Assembly: GCA_951406725.2 (NCBI GenBank)
Contig: OX597831.1
Coordinates: 7,130,001 to 7,194,000, forward strand
Reading direction: 5' to 3'
From: Octopus vulgaris
Taxonomy: Eukaryota
DNA: 64,000 nucleotides
Shown: one piece after another, positions 61,362 to 64,000 of the stretch
Layout: each line of letters starts with the position of its first letter
Position numbering within the stretch: position 1 is the first letter of the stretch
Made by a program: the position numbers and the translations under genes
The notes under the pieces: generated by a model
What the model saw: the letters and a program-made list of their open reading frames with translations, nothing else
Databases searched by the model: none
What the model was told of the DNA's origin: nothing

Positions 61362-61665
61362 TCATCATCATCGTTTAACGTCTGCTTTCCATGCTAGCAT
61401 GGGTTGGACGATTTTGATTGAGGGCTGGTGAACCAGATGGCTGCACCAGGCTCCAATCATTGTTCTGGCAGTGTTTCTACAGCTGGATGCCCTTCCTAAC
61501 GCCAACCACTCCGTGAGTGTAGTGGGTGCTTTTTACGTGCCAGGTGAGGCCGACAATGGCCATGATCGGTTGGTGCTTTTTACGTGCCACCGGCACGGAG
61601 GCCAGTCGGGGCGGCGCTGGCAACGGCCATGTTTGGATGGTTCTTGTACGTGCCACTGGCACTGG
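61362..61665 (-). mobile_element. (GAT)n-tailed retroelement, same family
   Basis: Same core. Confidence 0.85.
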
Positions 61666-62179
61666 TATGATGTAGAATTGAAATAAACCAAGTAACAACT
61701 GTGAACAGTGCCGTGTCATCCAGGGGAGAGCGGTTAATGATTGCAAAAATCTTGAACAAAAAGGATGGGGACCAATTCATTTAACCCTTTAACATTCACA
61801 TCACCCTGTCAAATTTAAAGGTTATTTATTCACATTATTTTGAATTGAACAAGCAATCTTGTAGCTTTGAGATTTTGAAGATTGTCTATTTTTAGAATGG
61901 CATTATAGGGTAGGTGTGAGAGGCCAGATCTGGCCAGTTTAAACATAAAACAGGTAGAAATTTTGGAGTGGAAATTTTCAGCTTAAGTGATGAAGGCTTT
62001 TAATTATAGGACAGCTGGATCAGAGCTGACTCAGGGCTAAACAATGACAACAGTTAGGTATAAAGTAAGAGAATTAAAAAGTTTTATGAAATTTTCTAAT
62101 TATTGTGAAAATATAATAAAGGAAGTCAACTGAGCCGAATCTTCAGTGTCCTTCGCTGGAGCACGGCTTTGAAGTATAT

Positions 62180-62542
62180 CGTTATCATTGTTCGACCGTG
62201 GTCGAGACAATGGAATTTACTATGTTATGCCAGACTTCATGGTCCATCATAGCATTATGGGGGTCCCGTCGCTGGATGCCTGTATCCCTGGAGATTACAT
62301 CAGGGTAGGAGAGTGTGCGCACTCTGGTATCGCGAGCAGATGGCTTCCAGAGGAGAAGAGTAGAAATTACCTCGTTTTCAGCTCTACAACAATGTCCAGC
62401 AAACTGGACTCTTCTACCTTTCACAAGAGATGATACAGGTGGTAGTTTCCCATATATTTGTACTTTGGTTGGATGACTCTTCCACGAGAGATTTTGAGCT
62501 CTCATAAGGAGGCAAGTGTAAGTTCCATCCAACCGCCTCTCA
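62180..62542 (-). mobile_element. RTE-like LINE 3' fragment
   Basis: DGTYTCLLMRAQNLSWKSHPTKVQIYGKLPPVSSLVKGRRVQFAGHCCR...LLLWKP. Confidence 0.85.
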
Positions 62543-64000
62543 AGTATATAGATACAACCTCACATGTAGTCTTCTAAAACTTTATCTAAGAAGGTCTAAT
62601 CAAGTTTAGCAGGTCTTCAAAAAATAAAAAAAAGGGGGGTTCTTGAAGAAAATAAATGACAGCAAAAAATTTACATCTATATAGGTATTCTCTCTATTAA
62701 CAATGATAATGCAGAACCCATTAGCATTCTTCTGTTCTTTAGTATATCTCATTTTCATCATGCTACCCAGGAGAAATAATAGAAATGCTGACATTTTGTT
62801 AATGAATGGCTCACTTCCAAGGAAACTATGAGATACATCAACAGGAGGATATTAATATATTTCATGATCTATTTCCCTTGGATATTAAATTCTTGGTCAT
62901 TACCATTGATATTACTGTCAAGGGAAATTATGAAAATATTGTCTCAAAGTATAAAAATCATTTTGAAAAAAAAAAAAAATTCTTCAATGGTTACAGGTCC
63001 GATACTGGTACTTATTCTATTGGTTCCTTTTGCCAAACTGCTAAGTTATGGGGGACATAAACAAACCAACACTGGTTGTCAAGCAGTGGGGGTGGGGTAA
63101 ATACAGAAATACACACACACACGACAGGCTTCTTTCAGTTTCCACATACTAAATCCACTCACAAGGCTTTGGTAGGCCCAAGGCTGTATAGTAGAAGACA
63201 CTTGCTCAAGGTGCCACACAGTGAGACTGAACCTAGAACTACGTGGTTAGGAAACAAGCTTCCTACCACACAGCGACATCTATGCCTATACTGTAACTTT
63301 TCCTTATTGTAAAGGCCTGACTGAGACAATAGAATCTACTGATACAGATGTATGTGACCCTTCTTAGACTAGAATAAAAGAACACTGAAAATCAGGAAAA
63401 AAAGAGGAAATATATATACACTAGGAATAACAAGAAGAACGTGTTGAGAGAGAGAGAGAGGGAGAGAGAGAGAGAGGGGGGAGAATGACATCAGAATGAA
63501 GGGTAAAGGTTTAAAATGATGAAAAGCCATTCAGTGAAGCCAGCCCAGATTCTAATATGATATGACAAGAAGTAGATTCTCCTCCATTGTTGTGCAACCT
63601 GCTAGAAACAGCAGCCAAATCTTTCTCAAATCACACAATCCATTGTTTCAAAAAGAGAAAAAAATGACAAATTGGATGACAAGAAAGACTGGATGAGATG
63701 GTCATGGTTAAGATTCCTTTGATATCAAATTTGTCTGCTTGATCAGAGCTGACTTGGTGCTAAGTAACAACAGTGACCAAGATGTGGCTGCCATTTAATT
63801 TGCATCTTCCAAATATGAACAAAGATCTTAACTGTGGCAGAATTGGGAGGAATGTTGAAATCTGTTGTAAGAAAGAATTTCGATTAGGAATTCAACAGAT
63901 TATGGTATTTGGATTAGGATGTTTTGAATAAAACCATGAATGTATTCGTTAAGGCAAAGATAGAACAGAGAAACAAAAATTTGTAATTATTTTACTAATA

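Noticed and set aside
62564-62614. Possible small upstream PRUNE exon (ttttttgaag acceptor, gtgagg donor on the minus strand)
   Set aside because: No in-frame ATG or Prune-like N-terminus; an ATG formed by splicing to 53956 would be out of frame

Overview
AT-rich, repeat-dense animal genomic DNA, most likely octopus or another coleoid cephalopod (inferred from the SINE/LINE families and dense (TA)n/(CA)n microsatellites; not provable from the window alone). One protein-coding gene is supported: a minus-strand PRUNE-family DHH/DHHA2 phosphoesterase. I traced 8 exons by hand with GT-AG sites and matching phases (53956 down to 26918; 3564 nt, 1188 codons). Seven small exons encode the PRUNE1-like catalytic region and are followed by one 2.49-kb acidic, Ser-rich exon in the PRUNE2 style. 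The first exon and any downstream BNIP2/BCH exons were not found. The rest is intron or intergenic sequence with tRNA-derived SINEs, RTE/CR1/Tx1-like LINE fragments, a decayed Tc1, MITEs and many fold-back palindromes. The most striking non-coding signal is a set of minimal type I hammerhead ribozyme folds from several unrelated repeat families. These include a tRNA-headed (Pol III) SINE carrying an intact hammerhead core and a palindrome with a G3-C8 compensatory core. Nearly all short ORFs in the supplied track are repeat-derived noise. All folds were done by eye.
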